64,000 nucleotides of DNA from an uncultured Acidobacteriota bacterium. Its GTDB lineage: Bacteria > Acidobacteriota > Vicinamibacteria > Vicinamibacterales > UBA2999. Below are positions 42,069 to 53,118 of this stretch, piece after piece. The position numbers were made by a program, and so were the translations under genes. The notes below the pieces were generated by a model. That model ran no database searches and was not told the origin of the DNA. It saw only the letters and a list, made by a program, of their open reading frames with translations. Location: the NCBI GenBank assembly GCA_963713655.1, contig CAVQMT010000044.1, positions 6,686 through 70,685 of the forward strand, in the 5' to 3' direction. How positions within the stretch are numbered: the first letter of the stretch is position 1; every line of letters begins with the position of its first letter.

Positions 42069-43963
42069 ATGCACGCCCGAACCATGCGCCTGGCCCTGAC
42101 CGGTGTTCTCTTTCTGGTGACTACGATGCTGCTGACGGCACAGGAACGCGACCGCGCCAAGGTGCCCGATACCTTCAAGTGGAACCTGGCGGACATCTAT
42201 CCGGACCAGCCGGCGTGGCGCGCCCGGAAGGACGACAATCGCGGCCGAGCTGCCGTCGCTGCGCAAGTTCGAAGGGCAGCTCGGCTCGTCGGCCGCGAAG
42301 CTGGCCGACGCGCTGGAGCTGATGTCGCGGCTCGACAAGGAGCTGTCGCGGCTCTACGTCTACGCCAGCATGCTGTCCGACCAGGACACGCGCGTGTCCG
42401 AGCCGCAGGGCATGCAGCAGGAGATGCAGCAGCTGTACGCCAACTTCGCGCCCAGGCGGCGTTCATCGAGCCCGAGGTGCTGCGCGTCGGCAGCGACGAC
42501 GATCGAGGCGTTCCTGACGTCGGAGCCGCGGCTCAAGCCCGTACGCGTTCTACCTGCGCGACATCGTGCGCCGCGCCGCCCACACGCTGAGCGATGCCGG
42601 AAGAGAAGCTCCTGGCCGACGCCGGTCCGCTGGCGGGATCGGCGTCGAACATCTACACCATCCTCGCCAACGCCGACTTCCCGTATCCGACGCATCACGC
42701 TCGGCCGACGGCAAGACCGTCAAGGTCGACCAGGCCGGCTACTCGGCGCTGCGCACCTCGCCGAACCGCGAGGATCGCAAGGCGGCGATGTCCGCGTTCT
42801 TCGGCGCGCTCGGCGGCTTCGGCCGCACCTTCGGCACGACGATGAACTCGAGCGTGCAGAAGTCGCTGTTCTACGCCCGCGCCCGGAAGTACGGCTCGAA
42901 CCTCGAGGCCGCGCTCGACGGGCCCGAACATCCCGGTGTCGGTCTACATGCGCCTGATCGAGGGCGTGAACCAGCAGCCTGCCGACGTTCCACCGCTACC
43001 TGAAGCTGCGCAAGCGGATGATGGGGCTGACCGACGACCTGCACTACTACGACCTGTACGCGCCGCTCGTCGCCGACGGTGGACCTGCGATACACGCCGG
43101 AAGCAGGCGCAGGCGCTGGTCGTGTCGTCGATGGCGCCGCTCGGCGCCGACTACACGGGCGTGCTGCAGCGCGCGTTCAAGGAGCGCTGGCTCGACTGGT
43201 ATCCCACCGAAGGCAAGGTGTCGGGCGCCTACTCGAACGGCGGCGCCTACGACGTGCACCCGTACATGCTGCTGAACTACCTCGGGCAGTACAACGACGT
43301 CAGCACGCTGGCCCACGAGCTGGGCCACACGATGCACAGCTACTACTCGAACAAGACGCAGCCCTACGCCACGGCGGCCTACGCGACGTTCGTCGCCGAG
43401 GTGGCGTCCACGTTCAACGAGGCGCTGCTGGTCGATCACATGCTGAAGCAGATCAAGGACACGCCGACGCGGCTGTCGCTCCTCGGCAACTATCTCGAGG
43501 GCATCAAGTCCACCGTGTTCCGCCAGACGCAGTTCGCCGAGTTCGAGCTGCGGATGCACGAGATGGCCCAGGCCGGGCAGCCGATCACCGGTGAGGCGCT
43601 GGCCAAGCTGTATCTCGACATCACGCGCCGGTACTACGGCCACGACCAGCGGCGTGTGCGTCGTGGACGACTACATCGCCCACGAGTGGAGCTACATCCC
43701 GCACTTCTACCGCGACTTCTACGTGTTCCAGTACGCCACGTCGTTCACCGCCGCCGAGGCGCTGTCGGCGAAGGTGCTGGCGGGCGACATCAAGGCGCGC
43801 GACGCGCTACCTGACGTTCCTGGGCTCGGGCGGCTCGAAGTATCCGATCGACCTGCTGAAGGACGCCGGCGTGGACATGACCACCGACGAGCCGCTGGAT
43901 CTCACGATCAGGCGGATGAACGAGGTGATGGACGAGATCGAACGGCTACTGCCAAAGCAGTAG
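42069..43963 (+). CDS. Secreted oligoendopeptidase F-family (M3B) metallopeptidase; about 9 apparent frameshifts
   Basis: It has a signal peptide (LALTGVLFLVTTMLLTAQ). Contains FKWNLADIY, LSRLYVYASMLSDQD and STLAHELGHTMHSYYS (HExxH), plus FAEFELRMHE and WSYIPHFYRDFYVFQYATSF. It ends at TAG 43961-43963. Confidence 0.85.
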
Positions 43964-44047
43964 CCGCTCGATCGTCAGGCTAGAGTCCGGCCTTCGGTCG
44001 GCCCAGCGCGTCCGGCTGAAGCCTGGAGCCCTGCCGAGCCCGTAGCC

Positions 44048-44963
44048 CTACAAGATATTCTTCCCCAGCGCCGACAGCGCCAGCTCCGTGCCGAGCTCGG
44101 CGGTCGTGTTGCGAATGTCGAGCGTGGGGTTCACCTCCACCAGGTCCAGCGCGACCAGGAGCTTCGAGTCGGCCACCAGCTCCATCAGCAGGTGCGCCTC
44201 GCGGTAGCCCAGCCCGCCGCGCACCGGCGTGCCGACGCCCGGTGCGATCGACGGATCGCAGGCGTCGAGATCGAACGAGACGTGGATGCCGCCGGTCCCG
44301 GCTGACGCCGGCGGCGATCGCGCGCTCGGCCACGCGCGCCATCCCGTCGCGATCGATGTCCTTCATCGTGAAGACGTGCACGCCGGCGGCGCGAATCTGA
44401 TCCTTCTCGCGGTCGTCCAGGTTGCGGATGCCGACGAGCACGGTGTGCTGGGCGGACACCGACGGCGCCGTTGCCGATCGCCGCGAGCTCGCGCGGCTCC
44501 TGGCCGAGCAGCGCCGCCAGCGGCATGCCGTGCACGTTGCCGCTCTCGGACGTGTCGGGGGTGTTCATGTCGCCGTGCGCGTCCACCCAGATGAGGCCGA
44601 GCGGGTAGCGCCGACCCTTGGCTCACCCAGTCGGCGCTGGCCGCGACCGAACCAGCGGCCAGGCTGTGATCGCCGCCGAGCACCACCGGGAGGGCGCCGG
44701 CGTCGAGCGCCTCGAGGCGGCAGCCGTGCACGCGGCGGCAGACCTCGGCGATGTCGTCGACGTACTTCTTGCGCTCGTCGCCCGAGGCCGCCCGACTCGC
44801 GCATGCGGCGCCGGCACGTTGCCGCGGTCCACGACGCGTGCGTCCGAGCACGCGCGATCTGTTCCGCCAGGCCGGCGATGCGGAACGCCGACGGGCCCAT
44901 GTCCACGCCGCGCCGCCCGCCGCCGAGGTCCAGCGGCACGCCGATGAGATGGACCGGCTTCAT
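44048..44963 (-). CDS. rocF: Arginase; about 4 apparent frameshifts
   Basis: Contains [75 protein letters not shown] and LDLVEVNP. Confidence 0.85.
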
Positions 44964-44975
44964 GGCGCGCTCATT

Positions 44976-46409
44976 CTAGCGAGGCCTGGAGCCTGGAGCC
45001 CGGAGCCTGGAGCCTGATGCCGCGCCGAGCCACTCGTGGATGCGCGTGGCCGTGGCCCGGCCGTCGAGCAATGCAGTCGGGGATGCCGATGGCGCCGAAT
45101 CCGCTGCCGGCGCCGAAGAGACCCGGGATGCGCCTCGAGGCGCTGCGTCGATGGCCCGCACCCGCGTGCCGATGCCCGACGACGTACTGCGGGCTCTGCC
45201 GCGTCCAGCGCGCGACGCGGGTCAGCACCGGGGCGCCCGGTGATGCCGAGCACGTCCCCCAGCTCCTGCGTCGCCAGATCTGTCAGCCCCTCGTCGTCGT
45301 GCTGGTCGAGGCGCTGGGGGTCGCGGCCGCCGCCGAAGAAGGCGCGCAGCAGCACGTGCCCGGGCGGCGCGCGGCCCGGCCACTTCGACGTGACCCATGT
45401 GGCGGCCAGCAGCGCCCGGCCTTCGGCCCGCGGGACCACGAAGCCCGTGCCCCGCATCGGGTGCGCGACCTGTTCCGCGCGATAGCCGAGGGCCACCGTG
45501 GCGGTGGACGCATAGTCCACGCCGTCGCACAGCGCCGCCAGCGGCTGGTCGAGGGCGCGAAGCAGCGCGGCGGCCTCGTAGGACGGCACCGCCAGCAGCA
45601 CCGAGCCCGCGCGAACGTGCCGGCCGCCGGCGCTCCACGACGTAGCCGCCGGCGCCGCGCCGCACGCTCGTCGCACGGCAGCCCTGCACCACCGTGCCCG
45701 GCGGCAGCGCGCGCCACCAGCGCCTCCACCAGCTCGCCGACGCCGCCGGGCAGCGACACGAACGCGCCCTCGAGCCGAGGGTGTCGGCTTCAGTCGCGCG
45801 GAAGGCCCGCAGCAGGCTGCCATGCTGACGCTCCGCATCCACCAGACGCGGAAACAGCGGGCGGACCGACAGCCGATCGACGTCGCCGGCGTGGATGCCG
45901 GCGAGCAGCGGCTCGGCCAGGTAGTCCACGGCCTCGCGGCCGAACCGGCGGCCCACGAACGCCGGCGATCGACTCGTCGTCGTCCGTCGTGCCAGCGTCG
46001 CGCGCGCGGGATCAACGCTTCGGCCGCCATCCGCGCCTTGCCCAGCGGCGTGAAGAGCGACGACATCGCCAGCGCCGCGCAGCGACACGGGAAAGCCGAG
46101 GAACGAGCCCTCGGGCAGCGGATGCAGCCGGCCGTCGCGCAGCACGTAGGCCGTGCGCGGCTCGAGCGTCGACGATCAGCTGCGGCTCGAGGCCCAGCTC
46201 GCGGCAGAGCGCGATGGCGGCCGGCTTCTGCGACCAGGAACGAGTCGGGCCCGCAATCCACGACCCAGCCGTCGAAGCGTTCGGTTTGCATCACGCCGCC
46301 GGGCGTCGGCCGGCGTCGAGCACGCGCACCGTGCGGCCGCGCCGCTGCAGGTCGTAGGCAGCCGCCAGGCCGGCGATGCCGCCGCCGATGACGACGACGT
46401 CGACGGACA
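44976..46409 (-). CDS. hemY: Protoporphyrinogen/coproporphyrinogen III oxidase (HemY type, FAD-dependent); about 6 apparent frameshifts
   Basis: MSVDVVVIGGGIAGLAAAYDL is the GxGxxG motif. Also contains LAEPLLAGIHAGD, VLLAVPSYEAAALL, GFVVPRAEG, ATWVTSKWPGRAP and GIPDCIA. Confidence 0.8.
44981..45015. repeat. Five tandem heptamers GAGGCCT GGAGCCT GGAGCCC GGAGCCT GGAGCCT
   Basis: Direct reading. The array lies between the arginase start (44963) and the hemY 3' end. On the minus strand it encodes the hemY tail GSRLRAPGSRPR. Confidence 0.9.
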
Positions 46410-46419
46410 TCGGCGCACG

Positions 46420-47463
46420 TCAGGCGGGACGGCAGCGGCCGAGCCGTCACGCGGTGGACGTAACTGGCCAGCATCTGCACGTGCTCGAGCGGCGTGGTCG
46501 GCAGGATGCCGTGGCCGAGGTTGAAGATGTGGCCGCGGCGGCCGCCGACGCGCTCGATGATGTCGTCCACCTGCCGGCACATGCGGGCCACGGGCCCGAG
46601 CAGCGTCGTCGGATCGAGATTGCCCTGGATGGCGCGGTCGTGGCCGATGCGATCCCAGGCTTCGTCGATCGGAATGCGCCAGTCGGCGCCAATCACGTCG
46701 CCGCCGGCTTCGCGCATGACGTCCAGCATCATCGCCGTGCCGGTGCCGAAGTGGATCGTGGGCGCCCGGCTGCCGACGATCTCGAAGATCCGGCGGGAGT
46801 GGGGCAGCGCGAACTCGCGGTAGTCGGCGGCACTGAGCGCGCCGACCCACGAGTCGAACACCTGCACCGACGTCGACGCCGGCTTCGATCTGCGCCACCA
46901 GATAGTCGCCCACCAGCTCCGCCAGCATGCCGCAGAGCCGATGCCAGGCGTCGGGGTGCCCGAACATCAGCGCCTTGGTCTTGGCGAACGAGTTGGAGTG
47001 CCCGCCTTCGATGGCGTAGGACGCGAGCGTGAACGGCGCCCCGGCGAAGCCGATCAGCGGCAGCTGGCCGTTCAGCTCCCGCTGGATCTGGCGGATGGCC
47101 TGCAGCACGAAGCCCAGCTCCTCGCGCGGCTCGAAGCGCCGCAGGGCGTCGATGTCGGCGGCCGTGGACAGCGGCCGCTCGAGCCGCGGTCCCTCGCCGC
47201 CGACGAAGTCGAACGGCAGCCCCAGCGGCGCCAGCGGAATCAGCAGATCCGAGAACAGGATCGCGGCGTCCACCTCGATGCGGCGCAGCGGCTGCAACGT
47301 CACCTCGGTGGCCAGGTCCGGCTCGCGGCAGATTTCGAGCAGCCCGTGCCGCTCGTCGCAGCGCCCGGTATTCGGCCATGTAGCGTCCGGCCTGGCGCAT
47401 GAACCAGACGGGCGTGGCGTCCACCGGCTGCCGCCGGCAGGCTTGCAGGAACCGGCCGCTCAC
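46420..47463 (-). CDS. hemE: Uroporphyrinogen decarboxylase; about 3 apparent frameshifts, 3' end approximate
   Basis: Contains [57 protein letters not shown] and FNLGHGILP. The GTG start overlaps the receiver-domain stop (GTGA). Confidence 0.85.
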
Positions 47464-47858
47464 GCCGCGCTCACGAGCGACCGCGCCAGCGCCACCAGCT
47501 CGTCGAGCCAGAGCGGCTTGTAGCGCACCACCGCGCCGAGCGCGGTCAGCTCGCCGAGGGCGTCGGGTGTGGGGTGCAGGTCGCCGCTGACGATGGCGAT
47601 GGGCGTCCCGGCCAGATGGGGAATCTGCCGCAGCGACCGGGCGAGCCCGAGCGCGCGCGGCATCGAGGTTCTGATGTCGACCACGATCGCGTTGGGCGCG
47701 TGGGCCTGCGCCAGCCGCACGCCGTCTTCTGCCGTGAGCGCCGCCCACACTTCGTAGCCGTCCAGCCGCAGGGCCCTGGAACAGGAGTCCGCCACGGTCG
47801 GATCGTCGTTCACGATCAGAATACGGGCAGACGAACGCCCACCGGCACCAGGAGACAT
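47460..47858 (-). CDS. Stand-alone response-regulator receiver (CheY-like) domain
   Basis: Intact 132-aa ORF. It has the acidic pair in ILIVNDDP, the phospho-acceptor D in AIVVDI, S in IVSGD and K-P in RYKPL. Confidence 0.85.
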   Translation of the reverse strand: MSPGAGGRSSARILIVNDDPTVADSCSRALRLDGYEVWAALTAEDGVRLAQAHAPNAIVVDIRTSMPRALGLARSLRQIPHLAGTPIAIVSGDLHPTPDALGELTALGAVVRYKPLWLDELVALARSLVSAA

Positions 47859-47868
47859 CGGGCCATTG

Positions 47869-47877
47869 TGCTATATT
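47869..47877 (+). promoter_or_regulatory. Extended -10-like element TGCTATATT
   Basis: TGnTATAnT pattern, with GGAGG plus TTG 47940 downstream. It is nearly identical in context to 49789-49797 (TGCTATAYTTTYCGCGCCT). Confidence 0.3.
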
Positions 47878-47939
47878 TTCCGCGCCTGCGGCCGGGCTTG
47901 GCCGCCGTCTGAGGCCCTTCCCCTGTACCGGAGGTTTTA

Positions 47940-49310
47940 TTGAGCCCCATCCTCGTGCGGCCCGTTCGCGAGCAGCTCGAGCACGATCGGGTGATCCGCC
48001 TGCTGCAGGCGAAGTACAAGAGGAAGTTCGACGTCGCCATCAATCCCGGGCACGAACAGACGGCTCCGGTCGGCCCGCCGCCGTCGCCCTGGTATCCCGA
48101 CCTGGTCCTGCACTCCACCGAGCGCGGCCGCCGCCTGGCCGGCATCGTCGAGGTGGAGACCGCCGAGTCGGTGAACAACCTCGAGGCGATGTCGCAGTGG
48201 GCGGCGTTTGCCAAGCAGCGGGCGGAGTTCCACCTCTACGTTCCGGCGTCGTCGATCGACGTGACCCGGCGGCTGTGCGCCGACATCGGCATCAACGTCA
48301 CCGAGATCTGGGCCTATCACGCGGTCGGCGACCAGCTGCGGTTCGTCCTGGTGCAGCGCGCCGCCGGCGCCCCGAAGCCGCCAAGCCGGCGCCCGAAGAC
48401 CGCCGGCCAAGCCGGCCAAGGCCGCCGCGGCCAAGCCGGCTGCCAGCGGCGCGAAGCGGCCGGCGAGCCGCCAAGCCGCCCGCGTCAAGGTCGCAGCGGC
48501 GAAGAACGGCCCGGCGAAGAACGGTGCCGCGAAGCAGCAGCGCCGCCAAGAACAGCGGCGCCGAAGGCCGTCCGTCAAGAAAGCGGCCGCCCAAGCAGGC
48601 CGGCGCCGCAAGAAGGCGGCGCCGAAGCCCGCCGTCCAAGCCAGCCAGGCGCCGCTAGCCCCGTGCCGTTCCTGAGGGTCATCCGCGACAAGCGCGGGTA
48701 CGAGACCACGTACCTGATGCACTGGTTCAGCGAGGGGGGCCGGCAGCGCTCGCGCATCCTGTACGCCTTTCGCGGCCCGTCGCTGGCACGCGTCGGACGG
48801 GTGCCGCTCGAACCTGCCGTCATGCGGCAGATCGCGGCCAGCTTTCCGGAGGTGGCGTTCGACTGGAAGGCCGTCGTCGCCGAACGTCAGGTGATCGAGT
48901 CGGCCCCCGAGATCAGGCGCCGGCGTCCACGCCGCGAGGACGAGCCCGTCCACGCCGCCGGGCCGAAGCCGCGCCGCCGCCGGTTGTGGCCGCAGCTCCT
49001 CCCCCCGAGCGGCCTCGGCAGATTCCCTCGGCGCTGCCGCCGGGCACCGACGAGGAGCGGATGGCATTTCTGGCCGAGTGGTATCCGCTGGTGCGCGAGC
49101 GGGTAGAGCGCCGCACCACCGACGAGGTGCGGCGGCAGGCGCTGCTGAGCCTGGCCGAACGCCTCGAACCCGGCGGCGTGGGGCGAGGGTGGCGCGTCGC
49201 CGGACCACTTCGCTGCGGCGGCTGAAGCGCTGGAACGCCTGGCGCGCGTGCTGACGCGCCGCCGCCGCCGCAGCAACCGGCCGCCGCAGGCGCCGAGCCC
49301 CGCGAGCTAG
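47940..49310 (+). CDS. Hypothetical protein: endonuclease-like N-domain, Lys/Ala/Pro-rich histone-H1-like middle and a conserved-looking C-domain; about 5 apparent frameshifts
   Basis: The N-domain contains YPDLVLHS...[10 protein letters not shown]. The middle region at 48360-48660 reads [20 protein letters not shown] / [14 protein letters not shown] / KKAAPKPAV in shifting frames. The C-domain begins [22 protein letters not shown]. It ends at TAG 49308-49310. Confidence 0.5.
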
Positions 49311-49778
49311 GAGTGCGGCACCGCGGCCGTGCGCGTGAACTCGCGCTCGATCGCGAGGAGCTTGTCGAGCCGCCGCCGGTGCCGGGCTTCGCCGGAGAAC
49401 GGGCGTTCAGGAACGCCGACACGATCTCGCTGGCCAGCGCGCCGCCCACGACGCGGGCGCCGAGGCACAGCACGTTCATGTCGTCGTGCTCCACCGCCTG
49501 GTGGGCCGTATAGGTGTCGTGGCAGACGGCGGCCCGAATGCCCGGCACCTTGTTCGCCGCAATCGACACGCCGGCGCCGCTGCCGCACACGACGATGCCG
49601 CGCTCAGCGCGCCCGCGGTCAGCGCCTCGGCGACGGCGCGGGCCGAATCGGGATAGTCCACGGGGTCCGTGGAATGGGTGCCCAGATTCTCGACCGTGTG
49701 GCCCAAACCCGCCAAAAAGGCCGCCAGCTCCTCCTTCAGGTCCAACCCCGCATGATCGGACGCCAGCGCCAGGTGCAT
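49307..49778 (-). CDS. rpiB: Ribose-5-phosphate isomerase B; 2 apparent frameshifts
   Basis: Contains [43 protein letters not shown] and [11 protein letters not shown]. Confidence 0.85.
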
Positions 49779-49788
49779 GCGGCAAGAC

Positions 49789-49797
49789 TGCTATACT
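49789..49797 (+). promoter_or_regulatory. Extended -10-like element TGCTATACT only 9 nt before ATG 49807 (possible leaderless transcript)
   Basis: Direct reading. There is no Shine-Dalgarno sequence between the element and the ATG. Confidence 0.3.
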
Positions 49798-49806
49798 TTC
49801 GCGCCT

Positions 49807-51118
49807 ATGCGCAACACGAACCGGTGCATCTTTGCTGGCTTGTTCGCATGCCTGCTGGCGGCGCTGATCACCACCGCCCATGGGCCGCTGGCCGCCCAGG
49901 CGCCACAGGCGCCGGCGCCGCAGCAGCCGGCGCCGGCGCCGGCCACGCCGCCGGCCGGGCAGACGCCGACGTTCCGCGTCAGCGTCGACCTGATCACCAC
50001 CGATCTCATCGTCCGCGACAGCCGCGACCAGTTCATCGCCGACCTGAAGCCGGGCGAGATCGAGGTCTACGAAGACGGCGTCAAGCAGGACATCGCGTCG
50101 CTGGAGCTGATTCACGGCGGGCGCGCCTACAGCGTGCAGGCCCCGCCGCCGGCGCCGGTGCAGGAAGGCATCATCCTGCCGCGCAACCGGCCCACCAACG
50201 ACACCGCCGGGCGCGTGTTCCTGCTGTTCATCGACGACCTGCACCTGGGCTTCCGCGAGACGCCGCGCACGCGCGACCTGCTGAAGCGGATGCTGAAGAG
50301 CCTGATTCACGACGGCGACATGTTCGGCATCGTGACCACGGGCACCTCGTCGATCTCGCAGCAGCTGACCTACGACCGCCAGGTGCTCGACTCGGCGATC
50401 TCGCGCATCACCGGCAACTCGCTGAAGCCGTCGGAAATCATCCAGGGCGGGCAGGGTCCGAACGGCCCGACCGAGCTGCGACACCGCGCGCACGTCGCGT
50501 TTTCGACGGCCTACGATCTGATGCGCAACCTCGAGAAGCTGCAGAACCGCCGCAAGGCCGTGCTCTACATCAGCAGCGGCTACGACTTCAATCCGTTCGA
50601 GCAGGGCCGCGTGGACGAGATGGCCAAGCGGATGCACGTGGAAAACGCCAACGAGCTGCAAAGCGATCCGTTCTTCCGCAACCAGCAGAGCCAGCAGATG
50701 CTGGCCGAATCGGATCTCGATTCGCGAGCTGGCCGAGCTGACGCGCGCCGCCAACCGCGCCAACGCCACCTTCTACACGATCGACCCGCGCGGGCTGGTG
50801 GCCGGGCAGGATCTCGACGAAGAGGTGCCGATCAAGGACTGGAACGAGTACATCCGCGAGACGCAGAACAGCCTGCGCGTGCTGGCCGAGGAAACCGGCG
50901 GCATCGCGGTGGTGAACCAGAACGACTTCGACAAGGCGCTCAAGCGCATCGACGCCGAGACCAGCGACTACTACGTCCTGGGCTACTACTCGAGCAACCC
51001 CGACCCGCTGAAGCGCACGCGCAAGATCGAGGTGAAGATCTTGAACCGGCCGAACGTCAATACGTTCTTCCGGTCGTCGTACTCGCTCCGTCCGCCTCCG
51101 CCGCCGGATCAGCGCTAG
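49807..51118 (+). CDS. Secreted VWA-domain protein of the acidobacterial VWFA-related type
   Basis: It has a signal peptide. Contains [61 protein letters not shown] and [11 protein letters not shown]...KIEVKI. One frame hop occurs near 50720. Confidence 0.8.
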
Positions 51119-51215
51119 TTGGTCGTTCGTCGTTTGTAGTTGGTCGTTCGGACTGCATTACGCGACCGAATCGCGACGTCCGAGCTAACGACCCACGACT
51201 ACGAGCCGCTACCAA
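51116..51215. repeat. Composite heptamer-phased repeat: TAGTTGG TCGTTCG TCGTTTG TAGTTGG TCGTTCG, then a central segment, then CTAACGA CCCACGA CTACGAG in inverse orientation
   Basis: Direct reading. The left arm is related to the reverse complement of the array at 21213-21247. It lies at the convergent VWA/LysR junction. Confidence 0.7.
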
Positions 51216-52125
51216 CCAGGCTTGACGGCGGCTTCCAGACGAGGCCGCAGTCCCTCCAGCACGCTCATCACTTCGCTCACCATCCGCGGCAGCCGGCTCA
51301 TCTTCGGATAGACCCAGCCGGTCTGGCGGAACAGCTGTGGCCGGCGATGCGGCTGCAGGCCAGCTGCTTGCTCTTGCACGTCGGCCGCGGCGGCCTGCCA
51401 CGGGATGATGCTGATGCCGAGGCCGCTGCGCACCATCGCCTTGATGATCTCGACGTTCTCGGTCTCCATCACGACGTGGGCTTCGACGCCCTGGCGGGTG
51501 AAGAACTCGTCCACCAGCCGGCGGGTGATCGATCCGGTCTCGAACAGGATGAACGGCTGCCTGGTTCAGGTCGGCGGGCGTGATCTGGCGGCGCTTGGCC
51601 AGCGGGTGGGTCGGGTAGGTCACGAGCAGCAGCTCCTCGGTGAGGATCGGCACCGACACCAGGTCGCTGGCCTCCACCGGCAGCGTGACCAGGCCCAGGT
51701 CGCCGACGCCCTGGCGCAGCATCGCAATCGAGCGCTCGGCGCTGCCGACGGTGACCTTCAGATCGAGGTTGGGGTGGATGCGCCGCAGCTCGGCGATGAG
51801 CGACGGGAAACACGTAGAGGCAGACCGTCATCCCGCCGACCAGGCGGATCGTGCCGCGCAGCGTTTCCTGCGTATCGTTGATGGCGGCCACCGTGTCCTG
51901 GAGATCCTGGAACACGCGGTGGCTCAGCTGCAGCAGTGCGGCCCCGGCCGGCGTGATCCGGACCCGCCGGCCGACGCGGTGGAAGACCGCCTCGCCGAGC
52001 TCGTCCTCGAGCAGCAGGATCTGGCGGCTGATCGCCGACTGCGAGACGTGCAGCTTGTTGCCGGCCGCGGTGAACGAGCCGGTGTCGGCGATGGCGCGGA
52101 TGATCTCGAGCTGCCGGAGATCCAT
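51209..52125 (-). CDS. LysR-family transcriptional regulator; about 3 apparent frameshifts
   Basis: MDLRQLEIIRAIADTGSFTAAGNKLHVSQSAISRQILLLEDELG is the HTH. It is followed by a periplasmic-binding-protein-like effector domain (LVTLPV, FILFETGS, GLGISIIP). Confidence 0.8.
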
Positions 52126-52150
52126 GCGCCAGGATACATCTCGAAACTGG

Positions 52151-52170
52151 ATGGGTTCAAATCGACCCAT
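52151..52170. promoter_or_regulatory. Dyad ATGGGT-N8-ACCCAT upstream of the LysR gene (possible LysR-type box)
   Basis: Direct reading. It lies 26 nt upstream of ATG 52125 on the minus strand. Confidence 0.3.
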
Positions 52171-52190
52171 GCGCCGGCGGCGTGTCGCCG

Positions 52191-53102
52191 TCAGGGCCGC
52201 GCGGCGATGGCGGCGGCGGTGCGGGCGATGGCTTCCTTGAGATAGGCCTCGTCCAGCTCGAAGCCCACGAAGTCCACGCCCAGCCCGACGCAGGCGAGCG
52301 CCGTCGAGCCCAGGCCCAGAAACGGATCGGCGACCAGCTTCACCCGCTCGCGCCCGTGCAGCCGGACGCACATCTCCGGCAGCTTGGCGGGAAAGGTGGC
52401 CGGGTGCGGCCGATCCTTGTCGCGGTTCTGGATGGTGTCGTAGGGGATGAACCAGGTGTTCCCCCGGCATCGGACCCCCGACCCCGCCGTCCGCCACCTC
52501 GACACGTTCGACTGATCCTGATATCGCACGCCAACCGACTCGCCGATCGAGCGGTGTCCGGCCGCCCGGCGTCAGGTGAAAGACAAATTCATGACAGTCG
52601 TGGACAAATCGTTGACTGTTGATCGGCTTGTAGTGGCCGACGGCCAGATCCTCGTCGAGCGCCGCGCGCGCGCCGGCCAGCGCCTTTTCGATGGCGATCG
52701 ACTTGATCCAGTGGATCGTGTTCTGCAGCTGCAGGTGGCTCGCGCGCGGCCTGCGCCACGTCCATCGCCAGCCAGGGGTCGGTGGGCTTCGACCCGACGT
52801 TCAGGAACAGGGAACCGTCCGCGGCCAGCACGCCGGGCCAGCGCCTGCACCCACGCCGAGGTCCACTTCAGATACTCCGGCCGGGGCATCGTGTCGCGGA
52901 ACGTGTTGTAGGCGATGCCCAGGTTGTAGGGCGGCGAGGTGACGGCGACGTCCACGCTGCCCGCGGGCCAGTTCGCGAGCAGATCGGTGCAGTCGCCGAG
53001 GAAAAAGCTGAACTGAGCCTTGCCCCGGCGCAGGATCTCGTAGGGGCGAGGCGGGCGGGACACCGTCGCGATTGTAGCGCCTGGCGCGCGGAGCGCGCCC
53101 AA
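52191..53102 (-). CDS. Beta-class N4-cytosine/N6-adenine DNA methyltransferase (SPPY motif IV before FxGxG motif I); at least 3 apparent frameshifts
   Basis: Contains [34 protein letters not shown] and [14 protein letters not shown]...GFELDEAY. An alternative start is GTG 53063, directly after a minus-strand TACAAT at 53076-53071. Confidence 0.8.
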
Positions 53103-53118
53103 GAGGCAAGCTGACCGA

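Noticed and set aside
44981-45015. The tandem heptamer arrays (also 2867-2901, 17009-17036, 21213-21247, 25967-26009 and 51116-51215) as possible CRISPR arrays.
   Set aside because: The units are 7 nt and directly abutting with no spacers, each array totals under 100 nt, and no cas genes are present.
48360-48660. The AAGCC/GCCGC-rich repetitive stretch as a DNA tandem repeat or an independent small gene.
   Set aside because: It has no fixed repeat unit. In the appropriate frames it reads as a Lys/Ala/Pro-rich protein tract continuous with the flanking coding segments, so it is low-complexity coding sequence.
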